Source: Corallococcus soli
Lineage (GTDB): Bacteria > Myxococcota > Myxococcia > Myxococcales > Myxococcaceae
Reading direction: 5' to 3'
Assembly: GCF_014930455.1 (NCBI RefSeq)
Contig: NZ_JAAIYO010000008.1
Location: 160,367-224,366, forward strand
Length of the DNA: 64,000 nucleotides
Positions 20,554 through 30,670 of the stretch are shown one piece after another; the first letter of the stretch is position 1, and the number at the start of each line of letters is the position of its first letter. Position numbers and translations under genes: made by a program. Under the pieces are notes generated by a model. The model made no database searches. It was not told the DNA's origin and was given only the letters and a program-made list of their open reading frames with translations.

Positions 20554-20877
20554 ATGGCGAATACGGTCATTGGTTCGAGCATCGTCATCGACGGGGAGAT
20601 TTCCGGTGACGAGGTCCTGGTCATCCAGGGCACCGTGAAGGGGAAGATCTCCCTCAAGGAGAGCCTCTACGTGGAGGGCTCCGGCGTCGTCGAGGCGGAC
20701 ATCGACACGCAGAACGTGGAGATCGCCGGCCGGGTGACGGGCAACATCGTCGCCAGCGACAAGGTGGAGCTCAAGACGGACTGCCGCGTGGTGGGCGACA
20801 TCAAGGCCCCGCGCATCCTCATCGCCGATGGCGCCTCCTTCAAGGGCAACGTCGACATGGACATGAAGGAGCGCTGA
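20554..20877 (+). CDS. bacO: bactofilin
   Basis: Bactofilin repeats (IQGTVKGKISLKESLYVEGSGVVEADIDTQNVEIAGRVTGNIVAS). Confidence 0.85.
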   Translation: MANTVIGSSIVIDGEISGDEVLVIQGTVKGKISLKESLYVEGSGVVEADIDTQNVEIAGRVTGNIVASDKVELKTDCRVVGDIKAPRILIADGASFKGNVDMDMKER

Positions 20878-20880
20878 TCC

Positions 20881-21606
20881 GTGGCCACCGCCAAGGAGCT
20901 CGCAGACAATGCCGTGGACAACACCGTGGTGGGGCCGTCCATCCTCATCAGCGGTCGTCTCACGGGTGACGAGGACCTCACGGTCCGCGGGCGCGTCGAG
21001 GGTGAACTGACCCTCAGCCGCACCCTCATCGTGGAGCCCTCGGGCGTGGTGAAGGCCAACGTGGCGGTGAAGAACGCCATCGTCAGCGGCGTGGTGGTGG
21101 GCAACATCAACGCCACCGAGAGCGTGGAGCTCACCCGCGAAGGCCGCATGGTGGGCGACATCCGCGCCCCCCGCGTCATCATCGTGGACGGCGCCAGCTT
21201 CCGCGGCCGCGTGGACATGGGCGACGTGGAGCCGGGCCGTCTGCCGGCCGAGCGCCCTGCGGTGGCGCGTCCCCAGGCCGTCACGCGTCCCACGGTGCGC
21301 CCCGGCGCCACGCCGCCGCGCCCCCCGACGCCTCCGGCGGCGCCCTCGCGCGCCCCGACCCCGCCGCCTCCTCCGGCGCGCCCCGCGCCCACGAGCTCGG
21401 CGCCCGCGACCGTGGTGTCCCGGCCCTCGGCTCCGGCCAGCAAGCCGCTGCCGCCGCCGCCGCCCGCGACGCCCACGTTCACCCCGCGCGCGCCGGAACC
21501 GCCGCGTCCGCCACCCACTGAGCAGGCGAGCAGTGCCTCGGGACCCATGTCCCGCGTCGTGGCCGCTGGCGCGAAGAAGAAGGTCGTGGTGAAGAAGTCC
21601 CGCTAG
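20881..21606 (+). CDS. bacP: bactofilin with a long Pro-rich C-terminal tail
   Basis: Bactofilin core followed by a ~120-aa P/A/T-rich tail. This matches the BacP architecture. Confidence 0.8.
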   Translation: MATAKELADNAVDNTVVGPSILISGRLTGDEDLTVRGRVEGELTLSRTLIVEPSGVVKANVAVKNAIVSGVVVGNINATESVELTREGRMVGDIRAPRVIIVDGASFRGRVDMGDVEPGRLPAERPAVARPQAVTRPTVRPGATPPRPPTPPAAPSRAPTPPPPPARPAPTSSAPATVVSRPSAPASKPLPPPPPATPTFTPRAPEPPRPPPTEQASSASGPMSRVVAAGAKKKVVVKKSR

Positions 21607-21667
21607 AGCCCGCCCACCGCGCCGCCGTTTCCGGCGGCGCGGGGGTGGAACAACCGGGGGTGCCACC

Positions 21668-23221
21668 ATGGACGCCGAGCACAGGGCCGAGGGACAGGAA
21701 GGAATGCCGGGCACACCTGGGGAGAACGCGACGTCGTCCCAGCAGGAGGGCGCGTCCGAAGCGTCCCCGCCGGGGCCTGGCGAAGGCGTGGCAGGGACCT
21801 CGCACGCGCAGGGCGAGGGTGGGGAAGTCATTTCGGAAGGCGCCTCTCAGGCGGGAGCGGGTGGCGAGGCCGTGAGTGGAGCGCGCGCGGAAGCAGGCGG
21901 GGCGGACGTGTCCGGAGCAGGTGATGCATCCGGAGCCCCGGTGGAAGCTGGCGATGGGGCCCAGGATGCGGGAGCCGCGTCCGCGAAGCCTTCCGATGCC
22001 GACACGGCGTCCGGAAGTGGTGTTGACGCGGGTGACTCGTCCGGGACGGGCTCCGAGGCTGGCGCGGCGTCCGGGAGCGACTCCCAGGCAGGCGCCGATG
22101 CGGGGGCCTCCCCGATGACGGGCTCCGAGTCAGGCGGCGTGTCCGACGCGGGTGCTCCTCCGATGACGGGTCCCGAAGCAGGTGGCGTGTCTGGCGCCGG
22201 CCACGATGCGGCTGCGTCGTCCGCGATGGACTCCGGGGCGGATGCATCGTCTGGCACGGGCTCCGATACCGGGGCCTCGTCCGGAGCGGGCTCCGACACG
22301 GGCGCGTCGAACGAGGCAGGCGCGGCCTCCGCGCAGGACGCCTCCCAGGAGCCTTCGGGGCCGGGCCGCTACGTCGAGCTGTCGTCGGGCGGAGACGGGC
22401 CAGAGGCTTCCGGTGGGGACCCGGCCAGTGAGCCGAAGGACGCGACGCGCTCCGGCCCGGTGTCGGGGGTGGACGCGGCGCTGCTGAGCGCGGGCATCTG
22501 GGACGTGGCGAGCCGCGCGAGCCAGGAAGAGGCTCCCGGCCCGGATGGCGGCTCCGAAGAAGACGTGGCGACCCCGAGTGAGGCACCCCTCGCGGAGGCC
22601 ATGGAGCCCCGCGTGATGGGACAGGTGACGGCGATGGTGTTGCCGCTGGAGCGACTGGAGGAGGACACCACCTTCCGTCTGCGGGACGAAGGCGACGTGT
22701 CCGAACTGGCCACGGACCTGGCGCGCCTGGGACAGCTGTTCCCGGTGGACGTGCGCCCGCGCGGGGACGAGCGCTACCAGCTCATCTGCGGCTTCCGGCG
22801 CGTGGCGGCGCTGCGCTTCCTCAAGCGCGACCAGGTGCAGGTCCGCGTGCACGAGGAGCTGTCCGACGAGGACGCGCTGCTCTTGTCCCTGGCGGAGGCC
22901 ATCCACGCCACGCCGGTGGAGCACGACACGCTGGAGGCCAAGCGGGACGCGCTGGAGGCAGAAGGCCGGCTGACCGCGCCGGTGCGCGACATGCTGGAGA
23001 AGGCGCTCGCCACCGACGAGACGCTGGCCCCGGAGGGCGTGGAAGAGGAGATCGACGCGGATGAGCTGGCGGCGGACGTCGCGCAGCGCATGGGCGCCCT
23101 CAACCAGGACCTGTCGCTGCTGGCGGACGTGTTCTCCTCGCTGGACGAATCCCGGCGCGCGGAGTTGTTGATGCAGGTGCGCTACTCGGCGGAGCTGGTG
23201 AAGTACCTGGAGGGTTTGTAG
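21668..23221 (+). CDS. padC: ParB-like domain protein (bactofilin-associated PadC-like)
   Basis: ~300-aa acidic, low-complexity N-terminal region. C-terminal ParB/Srx fold ([48 protein letters not shown]). Sits immediately downstream of bacNOP. Confidence 0.75.
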   Translation: MDAEHRAEGQEGMPGTPGENATSSQQEGASEASPPGPGEGVAGTSHAQGEGGEVISEGASQAGAGGEAVSGARAEAGGADVSGAGDASGAPVEAGDGAQDAGAASAKPSDADTASGSGVDAGDSSGTGSEAGAASGSDSQAGADAGASPMTGSESGGVSDAGAPPMTGPEAGGVSGAGHDAAASSAMDSGADASSGTGSDTGASSGAGSDTGASNEAGAASAQDASQEPSGPGRYVELSSGGDGPEASGGDPASEPKDATRSGPVSGVDAALLSAGIWDVASRASQEEAPGPDGGSEEDVATPSEAPLAEAMEPRVMGQVTAMVLPLERLEEDTTFRLRDEGDVSELATDLARLGQLFPVDVRPRGDERYQLICGFRRVAALRFLKRDQVQVRVHEELSDEDALLLSLAEAIHATPVEHDTLEAKRDALEAEGRLTAPVRDMLEKALATDETLAPEGVEEEIDADELAADVAQRMGALNQDLSLLADVFSSLDESRRAELLMQVRYSAELVKYLEGL

Positions 23222-23224
23222 GCC

Positions 23225-23791
23225 ATGGCGGAACCGCTGACTCGCGACCGCGCCCGGCTCCTGGAGGTGCTCACCCAGCGCTCCTTCGAGCGGCGGCGCG
23301 TGGTGCTCTCCTCCGGCAAGGAGTCGGACTTCTACATCGACTGCAAGCGCACGGCGCTGCTCGCCGAGGGCCACTACCTCATCGGCCGGCTGCTGCTGGA
23401 GGCCATCCGGCGCGACGCCCCGTCGGCGGTGGCCGCCGGCGGCCTGACGCTCGGCGCGGATCCGCTCGCGTCGGCGGTGAGCCTCACCAGCTTCCTGGAG
23501 GGCTCCCCGCTGCACGCGTTCATCGTGCGCAAGGAGCCCAAGGGCCACGGCACCGGCCAATGGATCGAGGGCCTGTCCGCGCTGGGCCCCGGCGCTCCGG
23601 TGGCCATCGTGGAGGACGTGGTGACGACGGGTGCGTCCACGCTCAAGGCCATCGAGCGCGCGAAGCTGGAGGGCCTGACGGTGCTGGGCGCCTTCGCGCT
23701 GGTGGACCGGTTGGAGGGGGGACGCGAGGCCGTGGAGGCCTCGGGCCACCGTCTCACCACGTTGTTCACGCGCAAGGACTTCATCCCGTGA
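23225..23791 (+). CDS. pyrE: orotate phosphoribosyltransferase
   Basis: PRTase motif (VAIVEDVVTTGAST) and overall PyrE similarity. Confidence 0.9.
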   Translation: MAEPLTRDRARLLEVLTQRSFERRRVVLSSGKESDFYIDCKRTALLAEGHYLIGRLLLEAIRRDAPSAVAAGGLTLGADPLASAVSLTSFLEGSPLHAFIVRKEPKGHGTGQWIEGLSALGPGAPVAIVEDVVTTGASTLKAIERAKLEGLTVLGAFALVDRLEGGREAVEASGHRLTTLFTRKDFIP

Positions 23792-24417
23792 GAAGGCTGC
23801 TGAGGGCCGTGGTGCTGCTGGGCGTGCTGGGCGGCTGCGCCAACACGCCCCCCGTCGTCGGGGAGCCCGCGCCCACGCTGGATGATCCGAAGGCGGAGGC
23901 CGCGTACATGGCGGTGTTGGATCGCTACTCGGACCGCAAGGAGATCTACGACGGCTTCGACACGCGCATCTTCGCGGGGGCCACGCTCCAGACGCCCGCC
24001 TTCCGCGATGCCCGCGTCCGTCGCCGCGCGCTCTTCCAGTCGCTGCCGCCCGCCAAGGTGGAGGCGCTGCTCGCGGAGGAGCAGGCCGAGGCGGCGAAGT
24101 TCCACGAGTTCTTCATGGGCGTGCACGTCAACGACTCGCGCTACGAAGACTTCGCCAACCGCAACAGCATCTGGCGGCTGGCGCTGGTGACGCCCGCGGG
24201 AGAGGTGACGCCGGTGGAGATCCGCCGCATCGGCCGGTCGGACCTCAACGTGCGCGCGTACTACCCGTACACCAGCCTCTTCTGGGTGGGCTACCGCGTG
24301 CGCTTCCCGCGCACCTTCGCGGAGGGCCAGCCCGTCATCCCCGAAGGCACCGACCAGGTGATGCTGCGCGTGGCCTCGTCGCTGGGCAACGCGGAGCTCA
24401 AGGTGAAGGCGCACTGA
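23788..24417 (+). CDS. hypothetical lipoprotein
   Basis: GTG start overlaps the pyrE stop (GTGA). The signal/lipobox VRRLLRAVVLLGVLGGC is followed by a conserved-looking soluble domain. Confidence 0.6.
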   Translation: MRRLLRAVVLLGVLGGCANTPPVVGEPAPTLDDPKAEAAYMAVLDRYSDRKEIYDGFDTRIFAGATLQTPAFRDARVRRRALFQSLPPAKVEALLAEEQAEAAKFHEFFMGVHVNDSRYEDFANRNSIWRLALVTPAGEVTPVEIRRIGRSDLNVRAYYPYTSLFWVGYRVRFPRTFAEGQPVIPEGTDQVMLRVASSLGNAELKVKAH

Positions 24418-24435
24418 CGCGCCGGGGCCGCCGGC

Positions 24436-25038
24436 CTACGTCTGCTGGCCGTCCTTGAGCCACTTCGCCGTCACCGGCATCGTGGGCCCCGCGAGCAGGC
24501 GGTCCAGGAGCGCGTCCGGCGAAGGCTCCACCGCGAAGGGCATCGCCTGGGTCTCCGGCACGAAGCCGGCCTCCACCATGCGCCGCACCAGCGCCAGCAG
24601 CGGCTGGAAGAAGCCATCCACGTCCAGGAGGCCCATGGGCTTGCGGTGCAGCCCCAGCTGGGCCCAGGTGACGATCTCGAACAGCTCGTCCAGGGTGCCG
24701 AAGCCGCCGGGCAGGGCGAGGAAGGCGTCCGCGCGCTCGGCCATCAGCGCCTTGCGCGAGTGCATGGAGTCCACCCGGTGCAGCTCCGTCAGACGCGGGT
24801 GGCCCAGCTCCTTCGCGTCCATGAAGTGGGGCAGCACGCCCACGGCCCTGCCGCCGCCCGCCAGCACCGCGTCCGCCACCGCGCCCATCAACCCCACGCT
24901 GGCGCCGCCGTAGACGAGCGTCAGCCCCCGCCGGGCCAGCGCGGCGCCCAGCTTCGTGGCCGCCTCGCGGTACTCGGGGCGCACGCCCGGGCGCGAGCCA
25001 CAGAAGACGCAGACGCTGCGCACGTTCGTGTCCGCCAT
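24436..25038 (-). CDS. LOG-family protein (cytokinin riboside 5'-monophosphate phosphoribohydrolase-like, TIGR00730)
   Basis: LVYGGASVGLMG and PGGFGTLDELFE motifs. Confidence 0.85.
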   Translation of the reverse strand: MADTNVRSVCVFCGSRPGVRPEYREAATKLGAALARRGLTLVYGGASVGLMGAVADAVLAGGGRAVGVLPHFMDAKELGHPRLTELHRVDSMHSRKALMAERADAFLALPGGFGTLDELFEIVTWAQLGLHRKPMGLLDVDGFFQPLLALVRRMVEAGFVPETQAMPFAVEPSPDALLDRLLAGPTMPVTAKWLKDGQQT

Positions 25039-25039
25039 G

Positions 25040-25807
25040 TCAGAAACCTCCGTGCCGCTCGGGGTGGGAGGCGACCAGGGCCAGGGCCGCGGCGATGAAC
25101 AGCAGCACGGGGATGGCGCGCGCGTAGAACTTCCGGCCCTGGCGCAGCGCCATGCCGCACGGCAGGCCGAAGAGGAACCCGCCCAGGTGTCCCGCCCAGC
25201 TCACGCCGGGCAGCAGGCTGATGACCGCCACCTGCACCAGCCAGAAGTACAGGTCCTTGCGGCCCTGCTGCGTGGCGATGATCAGCATCGCGCCGCCCCA
25301 GCCCAGGATCATCCCGGAGGCGCCCACCGTCTGGACGTTGAAGTTGAAGAAGAGCGCGAACGCGGAGCCGCCCAGCGCGGTGACGAGCGACAGCGCCAGG
25401 AAGCGCAGGCTGCCGATGCCGCGCTCCAGCGTCTGGCCCATCGTGAAGACGACGGACATGTTGAAGAAGAGGTGCAGCGCGTTGCCGTGCTCGAACACCA
25501 TGCCCAGCAGGCGCCAGTACTCGCCCGCCCGCACCGACGGCCCGAAGAGGGCCAGCGGCTTCAGGACCCCCATCACCGTTCCGTCCGGGGCCACCATCGT
25601 CTGCCCCAGCGAGCCGCCCAGGAAGAACATCCCCACGGCGCCGGCCATCAGCGCGTAGCAGACGTACGGGCGGGGCAGGGCGACCTGGGGATGCGGCGGG
25701 CCGGGCGGCGGACCGTCGCCGTCGTGGCCGTGCGGGGTGGGGGCTTGCTCGTCTCCCAGGCCGGAGGGGCCCGGCAGGTCATGCTGCGTACGGCGCGGCG
25801 TCGACAT
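25040..25807 (-). CDS. rhomboid-family intramembrane serine protease
   Basis: GASGMI (GxSG catalytic Ser) and AGHLGGFLFG (catalytic His) within TM helices. Confidence 0.8.
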   Translation of the reverse strand: MSTPRRTQHDLPGPSGLGDEQAPTPHGHDGDGPPPGPPHPQVALPRPYVCYALMAGAVGMFFLGGSLGQTMVAPDGTVMGVLKPLALFGPSVRAGEYWRLLGMVFEHGNALHLFFNMSVVFTMGQTLERGIGSLRFLALSLVTALGGSAFALFFNFNVQTVGASGMILGWGGAMLIIATQQGRKDLYFWLVQVAVISLLPGVSWAGHLGGFLFGLPCGMALRQGRKFYARAIPVLLFIAAALALVASHPERHGGF

Positions 25808-25813
25808 GGCGGC

Positions 25814-27400
25814 TCACAGCTCCCGGGACAGCACGGTGTCTCGCGTGCCCTGGTGCTCATCGGTGTGGGGGTAGTCCAGGGTGTAGTGCAGCCCCCGGCT
25901 CTCCTTGCGACGGCTGGCGCAGTCCACGATGAGGTGCGCCACCTCCGCGATGTTGCGCAGCTCGATGACGTCGCGGGTCACCTTGAAGCGCCAGTAGTAG
26001 TCGCGGATCTCCTCGCGCAGCAGCTCCAGCCGGCGGCGCGCGCGCATCAGCCGCTTGTCCGTGCGCACGATGCCGACGTAGTTCCACATCAGGCGGCGGA
26101 TCTCATCCCAGTTGTGGGTGACGACCACGCTCTCGTCGGAGTCCACCGCGCTGCCGGAGTCCCATGCGGGCGGCTCCTCCTTGAGGTGCGACAGCGCGGC
26201 GATCTCCTCCGCCGCCACCTGCACCGCGCGGTGGCCGAACACCAGGCCCTCCAGCAGCGAATTGGACGCGAGCCGGTTGGCGCCGTGCAGGCCCGTGGAG
26301 GACACCTCGCCAATGGCGTAGAGGCCCGGCACGTTGGTGCGCCCGTGCAGGTCCGTCACCACGCCGCCGCACTGGTAGTGGGCCGCGGGCACGACGGGGA
26401 TGGGCTGCACGGCCATGTCGATGTTGAAGGCCTTGCAGGCGGCGTAGATGTTGGGGAAGCGCTCGGTGAGGTACGCGCGGCCCAGGTGCGTCATGTCCAG
26501 GTAGACGCTGTCGTTGCCCGTGCGCTTCAGCTCCGCGTCGATGGCGCGCGCCACCACGTCGCGCGGGGCCAGCGCCCCCATGGGGTGGTAGCGCTCCATG
26601 AACGTCTGCCCGCCCTTGAGCCGCAGCTTGCCGCCCTCGCCGCGCAGCGCCTCGCTGATGAGGAAGCTCTTGGCCTCCGGGTGGAACAGGCAGGTGGGGT
26701 GGAACTGGTAGAACTCCATGTTCGCGATGCGCGCGCCCGCGCGGTACGCCATGGCCACCCCGTCCCCCGTCGCGACGTCCGGGTTGGACGTGTACAGGTA
26801 CACCTTGCCCGCGCCGCCGGTGGCCAGCACCGTCACCTTGGCCAGGAAGCGCTCGATGGCGCCCGTCTCCAGGAGCGCGTACACCCCCACGCACCGGCTG
26901 GCGGAGGGCGCGTGCGGACGCCGGTCGAGCATCAGGTCGATGGCGGCGGTGTTCTGGAAGAAGGTGATGTTGGGCTGCTCGTCGCACGCGGCCAGGAGCG
27001 CGCGCTGCACCTCGCGGCCGGTGATGTCGCCCGCGTGGACGACCCGGCGGGCGGAGTGGCCGCCCTCGCGCGTGAGGTCGAACTCGCTGCCGCGCATGTC
27101 GAACTCCGCGCCCAGCGCCACCAGCTCCTTCAGGCGGGTGGGGCCCTCGCGCACCGTGACCTCCACCGCGTCCCGGTGGCACAGGCCCGCGCCCGCCACG
27201 AGCGTGTCCTCGATGTGGGCATCGAACGTGTCAGTGGGTGCCAGCACCCCGGCGATTCCGCCCTGCGCGTAGGCCGTGTTTCCCTCGCCCCGCTCACGCT
27301 TGGTGAGCACCGCGACGGTGCCATGCCGGGCCGCCTGCAGGGCGAACGACAGGCCTGCCACGCCTCCGCCCAGGACCAGGAAATCAAACCGATGGGGCAT
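25814..27400 (-). CDS. nadB: L-aspartate oxidase
   Basis: FAD-binding N-terminus (FDFLVLGGGVAGLS) and a fumarate-reductase/succinate-dehydrogenase flavoprotein-like body. ATG at 27400. Confidence 0.9.
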   Translation of the reverse strand: MPHRFDFLVLGGGVAGLSFALQAARHGTVAVLTKRERGEGNTAYAQGGIAGVLAPTDTFDAHIEDTLVAGAGLCHRDAVEVTVREGPTRLKELVALGAEFDMRGSEFDLTREGGHSARRVVHAGDITGREVQRALLAACDEQPNITFFQNTAAIDLMLDRRPHAPSASRCVGVYALLETGAIERFLAKVTVLATGGAGKVYLYTSNPDVATGDGVAMAYRAGARIANMEFYQFHPTCLFHPEAKSFLISEALRGEGGKLRLKGGQTFMERYHPMGALAPRDVVARAIDAELKRTGNDSVYLDMTHLGRAYLTERFPNIYAACKAFNIDMAVQPIPVVPAAHYQCGGVVTDLHGRTNVPGLYAIGEVSSTGLHGANRLASNSLLEGLVFGHRAVQVAAEEIAALSHLKEEPPAWDSGSAVDSDESVVVTHNWDEIRRLMWNYVGIVRTDKRLMRARRRLELLREEIRDYYWRFKVTRDVIELRNIAEVAHLIVDCASRRKESRGLHYTLDYPHTDEHQGTRDTVLSREL

Positions 27401-27488
27401 GGCGAACAGCCATAATGGCGGTAAGTGCCGGAAACAAGGCGTTTTCTTGAGGACTTTCCGGCCGTTGTCTAAGGTTTCGGCCGCCGCC

Positions 27489-28178
27489 ATGCGTGTCCTG
27501 ACCGCCCTCCTTGCCCTGCTGTCCCTCGCCCCCACGGCTGCGTTCGCCGACGGCATCTACAGCTACGTGGAGAAGGACGGCACCATCGTCTACACGAACG
27601 TGCCGCCGGGGGGCTCGCGCAAGGCGCGCAAGCTGGCCGGGACCTTCACGCCCGCGCCCGCCGTCAACGCGCCGGTGCGGGGCCGCTCGCGCACGCCCCA
27701 GGAGCTGGATCCGCACATCGCCAAGGCGGCCCTGCGCTACCGCATCCCGTCCGCGCTGGTGCGCGCCATCATGCACACGGAGAGCAACTTCAACCCGAAC
27801 GCGCTCAGCCACAAGGGCGCCAGCGGGCTGATGCAGCTCATGCCGGCCACCGCGTCGGACATGTACGTGAAGGACATCTTCGACTCGAAGGAGAACATCG
27901 AGGGCGGCGTGCGCTACCTGCGCGTGCTGGCCAACATGTTCGACGGCGACATGGTGAAGATGGTCGCCGCATACAACGCCGGGCCGGACGCCGTGAAGAA
28001 GTACAAGGGCCAGGTGCCGCCCTACGCGGAGACGCAGGCGTACGTGCGCAAGGTCGTCCAGCTCTACTACCACTACAAGGAGCGCGAGCGGCTTGCGCAG
28101 GCCGAGGCCAGCAGCCGTGAGCCCACACCCGAGAATGACGACGCGCACGAAGGGGACGAAGGAGCAGGGCCCCGCTGA
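27489..28178 (+). CDS. lytic transglycosylase (SLT-domain) with signal peptide
   Basis: Signal peptide (MRVLTALLALLSLAPTAAFA). SLT motifs (AIMHTESNFNPNALSHKGASGLMQLMP...AYNAGP). Confidence 0.85.
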   Translation: MRVLTALLALLSLAPTAAFADGIYSYVEKDGTIVYTNVPPGGSRKARKLAGTFTPAPAVNAPVRGRSRTPQELDPHIAKAALRYRIPSALVRAIMHTESNFNPNALSHKGASGLMQLMPATASDMYVKDIFDSKENIEGGVRYLRVLANMFDGDMVKMVAAYNAGPDAVKKYKGQVPPYAETQAYVRKVVQLYYHYKERERLAQAEASSREPTPENDDAHEGDEGAGPR

Positions 28179-29793
28179 CGAGGAGTTCCTCCAGCAGTTG
28201 TACCGTGGCGGGGAGCTGCTGGGCGCCGGCAAGGTCATTGAAGCGAAGGACTTCCTGGAGCGTGCGCACCAGCTCCAGCCGCGGCACGAGAAGGCCCAGA
28301 ACCTGCTGGGCCTGGCGTATTTCAAGCTGGGCCTCTTCGACCGCGCCGCCGACCTGTACGAGATGCTCGTGCGGGACAACCCGGTGGACCCCACGCTGCG
28401 CGTCAACCTGGGGCTCGTCTACCTGAAGACGAACGCGCTCCAGCGCGCGGCGCGTGAATTCGAGACGGCCACCGACCTGGCCCCGGACCACAAGAAGGCC
28501 CACAACTACCTGGGCCTGACCTTCGCCCAGATGGGCGAGTACGGCCGCGCGCGCGAGCACTTCCTCCTGTCCGGCAGCGACGCCATGGCGGAGAAGATGT
28601 CGCGCGCCATCGCCGGCGAGGGCTTCAGCCGTCCCGCCGCGCAGCCTCGCGCGCGCGACGCGGAGGGCGGGGAAGGGGAGGCGCCCGGCACCGGCGAGAG
28701 CGACTGGGGCGCCCAGTTCGGTCTGGACGAAGCGCCTCGCGCTGGCGGCCGCACGGCCCGCGCGCCCTCCAAGGCGACCCCGCCGCCCCGCCCTGCGGAC
28801 GACGAGCTGAGCTTCGCCGACGACGAGGGGCCGCCGAGGGCCTCGGGCTCCGAAGCGGTCCTGGCCGCGGAGGAGACGGCCTCCGACGACGAGGAGGCCC
28901 GGGCGCTGGCCGCGACGACGGACGTGGACACGTCCGGTGACGACGTGGAGGTGTCGGACGAGCTGCCTCCCACGCCGGTGTCAGAGGAGATTGAAGTCTC
29001 CGAGGAGCCCCCCGTCCTCGCCTCCGACCTGGAGTCGGAGCCCGGCGCCGCCTTCGAGGAGACCTCCGCCGCGCTGGCCGCGAGCGACTCCCCCGCGCCT
29101 CCCACCGCCGTCTCGCCCGCGACGCCTTCCCCCGCCGTGAGCGGATCCGGACCTGGCGTGAACCCGCCCATGCTCACGGAGTGGGTGCCCACGGTGGCGC
29201 TGCCGGGCGTGTCGCCGGGGCAGCCCTTCGTGCAGGGGCCGGCGGGCTGCGCCCTGACGGTGGACGGGGAGCTGCTCACGCGGCTGGAGGGGCTCGTCGC
29301 GGTGCAGGGACAGGTCACCTTCCAGCCGGAGATGAAGCGCTTCCGGGGCCGGGCCACGGACAAGCCCTTCGGCGAGGGCGAGCAGGCGATGGTGCGCGCC
29401 CGGGGCCAGGGCACGCTGCACCTGGAGCCGGCCGGCGGGCGGCAGCTGGTGGCGGTGGTGCTGGACGACGAGTCCGTCTACCTGCGCGACCCGTGCGTCT
29501 TCGCCTTCGAGGAGCCGGTGGTGTTCGAGAACGGCCGCGTGCCGTCGGACCTGGACCTGGTGCACCTGCGCGGGCAGGGGCGGGTGCTGCTGAGCCTGTC
29601 CGGGCCGCTGCGCTCGGTGGCGGTGACCATGGACGCGCCGGTGTCGGTGCCGCTGTCGCATCTGGTGGGCTGGCTGGGCAACCTCACGCCCCGCGTGGTG
29701 CCGCTGCTCCAGTCCGCGGGCGGGGAGACGGTGCGCTCGGCGGTGGAGCTGGGCGGTGAAGGTTTTGCCCTCATCGCACTCGGGGTCCGGTAG
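28135..29793 (+). CDS. TPR-repeat protein with an acidic disordered middle and a conserved C-terminal domain
   Basis: N-terminal TPRs (AQNLLGLAYFKLGLFDRAADLYE...). D/E-rich linker. Structured C-terminal ~200 aa. The start is uncertain: ATG at 28135 overlaps the SLT gene by 44 nt, and an alternative TTG lies at 28198. Confidence 0.55.
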   Translation: MTTRTKGTKEQGPADEEFLQQLYRGGELLGAGKVIEAKDFLERAHQLQPRHEKAQNLLGLAYFKLGLFDRAADLYEMLVRDNPVDPTLRVNLGLVYLKTNALQRAAREFETATDLAPDHKKAHNYLGLTFAQMGEYGRAREHFLLSGSDAMAEKMSRAIAGEGFSRPAAQPRARDAEGGEGEAPGTGESDWGAQFGLDEAPRAGGRTARAPSKATPPPRPADDELSFADDEGPPRASGSEAVLAAEETASDDEEARALAATTDVDTSGDDVEVSDELPPTPVSEEIEVSEEPPVLASDLESEPGAAFEETSAALAASDSPAPPTAVSPATPSPAVSGSGPGVNPPMLTEWVPTVALPGVSPGQPFVQGPAGCALTVDGELLTRLEGLVAVQGQVTFQPEMKRFRGRATDKPFGEGEQAMVRARGQGTLHLEPAGGRQLVAVVLDDESVYLRDPCVFAFEEPVVFENGRVPSDLDLVHLRGQGRVLLSLSGPLRSVAVTMDAPVSVPLSHLVGWLGNLTPRVVPLLQSAGGETVRSAVELGGEGFALIALGVR

Positions 29794-29804
29794 AAAGCGC
29801 GCCC

Positions 29805-30494
29805 ATGGCCACGGACCGAGCTCTCAGGAAGCAGAAGAAGCGCGAGGAGCGGGCCCGCAAGCGCGCCTCCCGCCGTCCCAGCATCCTGGTGCAGGAGTTC
29901 TGGAACCTGCCCAACATGCTCACGCTGGGGCGCATCCTCATCATCCCCCTGTTCGTCTGGCTCACCTACGACGCGGATCCGCTCCACTCGCTGCTCGCGG
30001 GGCTCGTGTTCGCGGTGGCCTCCATCACCGACGTGGTGGACGGCTACCTGGCCCGCAAGTGGAACCTCATCACCGTGGTGGGCAAGTTCATGGACCCGCT
30101 GGCGGACAAGCTCATCGCCATGGCCGCCCTGGTGATGATGGTCCGCCTGGGCCGCATCGCCGCCTGGGTCGTCATCGTGCTGCTGGCGCGCGAGTTCATC
30201 GTCAGCGGTCTGCGCACCATCGCCGCCAGCGAGGGCATGGTCATCGCCGCCGGCCAGGAGGGGAAGTGGAAGACGTCCCTCCAGCTCGTGGGGATCATCT
30301 CCCTGTGCGTCCACTACGTGCACCCCCTGGACCTGGGCTTCCAGACCGTCACCGTGGACTACAACCAGGTGGGCAAGGTGCTCGTCTACCTGTCGGGCGC
30401 CTTCTCGGTCTGGAGCGCGGTCGTCTACTTCCGCGCCTTCCTGTCCATGCTGGCCCGGAGGGGGGCCGCGGATCCGGATGCGAAAAGTGTTTGA
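29805..30494 (+). CDS. pgsA: CDP-diacylglycerol--glycerol-3-phosphate 3-phosphatidyltransferase
   Basis: CDP-alcohol phosphatidyltransferase motif (DVVDGYLARKWNLITVVGKFMDPLADKL). Confidence 0.85.
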   Translation: MATDRALRKQKKREERARKRASRRPSILVQEFWNLPNMLTLGRILIIPLFVWLTYDADPLHSLLAGLVFAVASITDVVDGYLARKWNLITVVGKFMDPLADKLIAMAALVMMVRLGRIAAWVVIVLLAREFIVSGLRTIAASEGMVIAAGQEGKWKTSLQLVGIISLCVHYVHPLDLGFQTVTVDYNQVGKVLVYLSGAFSVWSAVVYFRAFLSMLARRGAADPDAKSV

Positions 30495-30588
30495 CGGGTG
30501 CGAAGGCCCTCTGTATACCCCATCTCACTTCCGGCGCGGCACCGCCCGACGGAAAGCAGCAAGCGGTCGGCAGTACGGCAGTCCTGAT

Positions 30589-30663
30589 GCGGGAATAGCT
30601 CAGCGGTAGAGCATCGCCTTGCCAAGGCGAGGGTCGAGGGTTCAAATCCCTTTTCCCGCTCCA
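30589..30663 (+). tRNA. tRNA-Gly (anticodon GCC)
   Basis: Cloverleaf: acceptor stem GCGGGAA/TTCCCGC, D-arm AGCTCAGCGGTAGAGC, anticodon loop CTTGCCAAG, T-arm GGTTCAAATCC, 3' CCA. Confidence 0.9.
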
Positions 30664-30670
30664 AAAATAA

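Noticed and set aside
19090-21831. 913-aa ORF on the minus strand antisense to the hydrolase and bacNOP genes
   Set aside because: The plus-strand genes are unambiguous (alpha/beta hydrolase, bactofilins). The antisense translation is low-complexity R/G/A-rich.
21847-23749. Overlapping ORFs in several frames across padC (e.g. 22130..23749 minus, 21828..22586 minus)
   Set aside because: The padC N-terminal region is a GC-rich low-complexity repeat that stays open in many frames. Only the plus-strand frame continues into a ParB-like domain.
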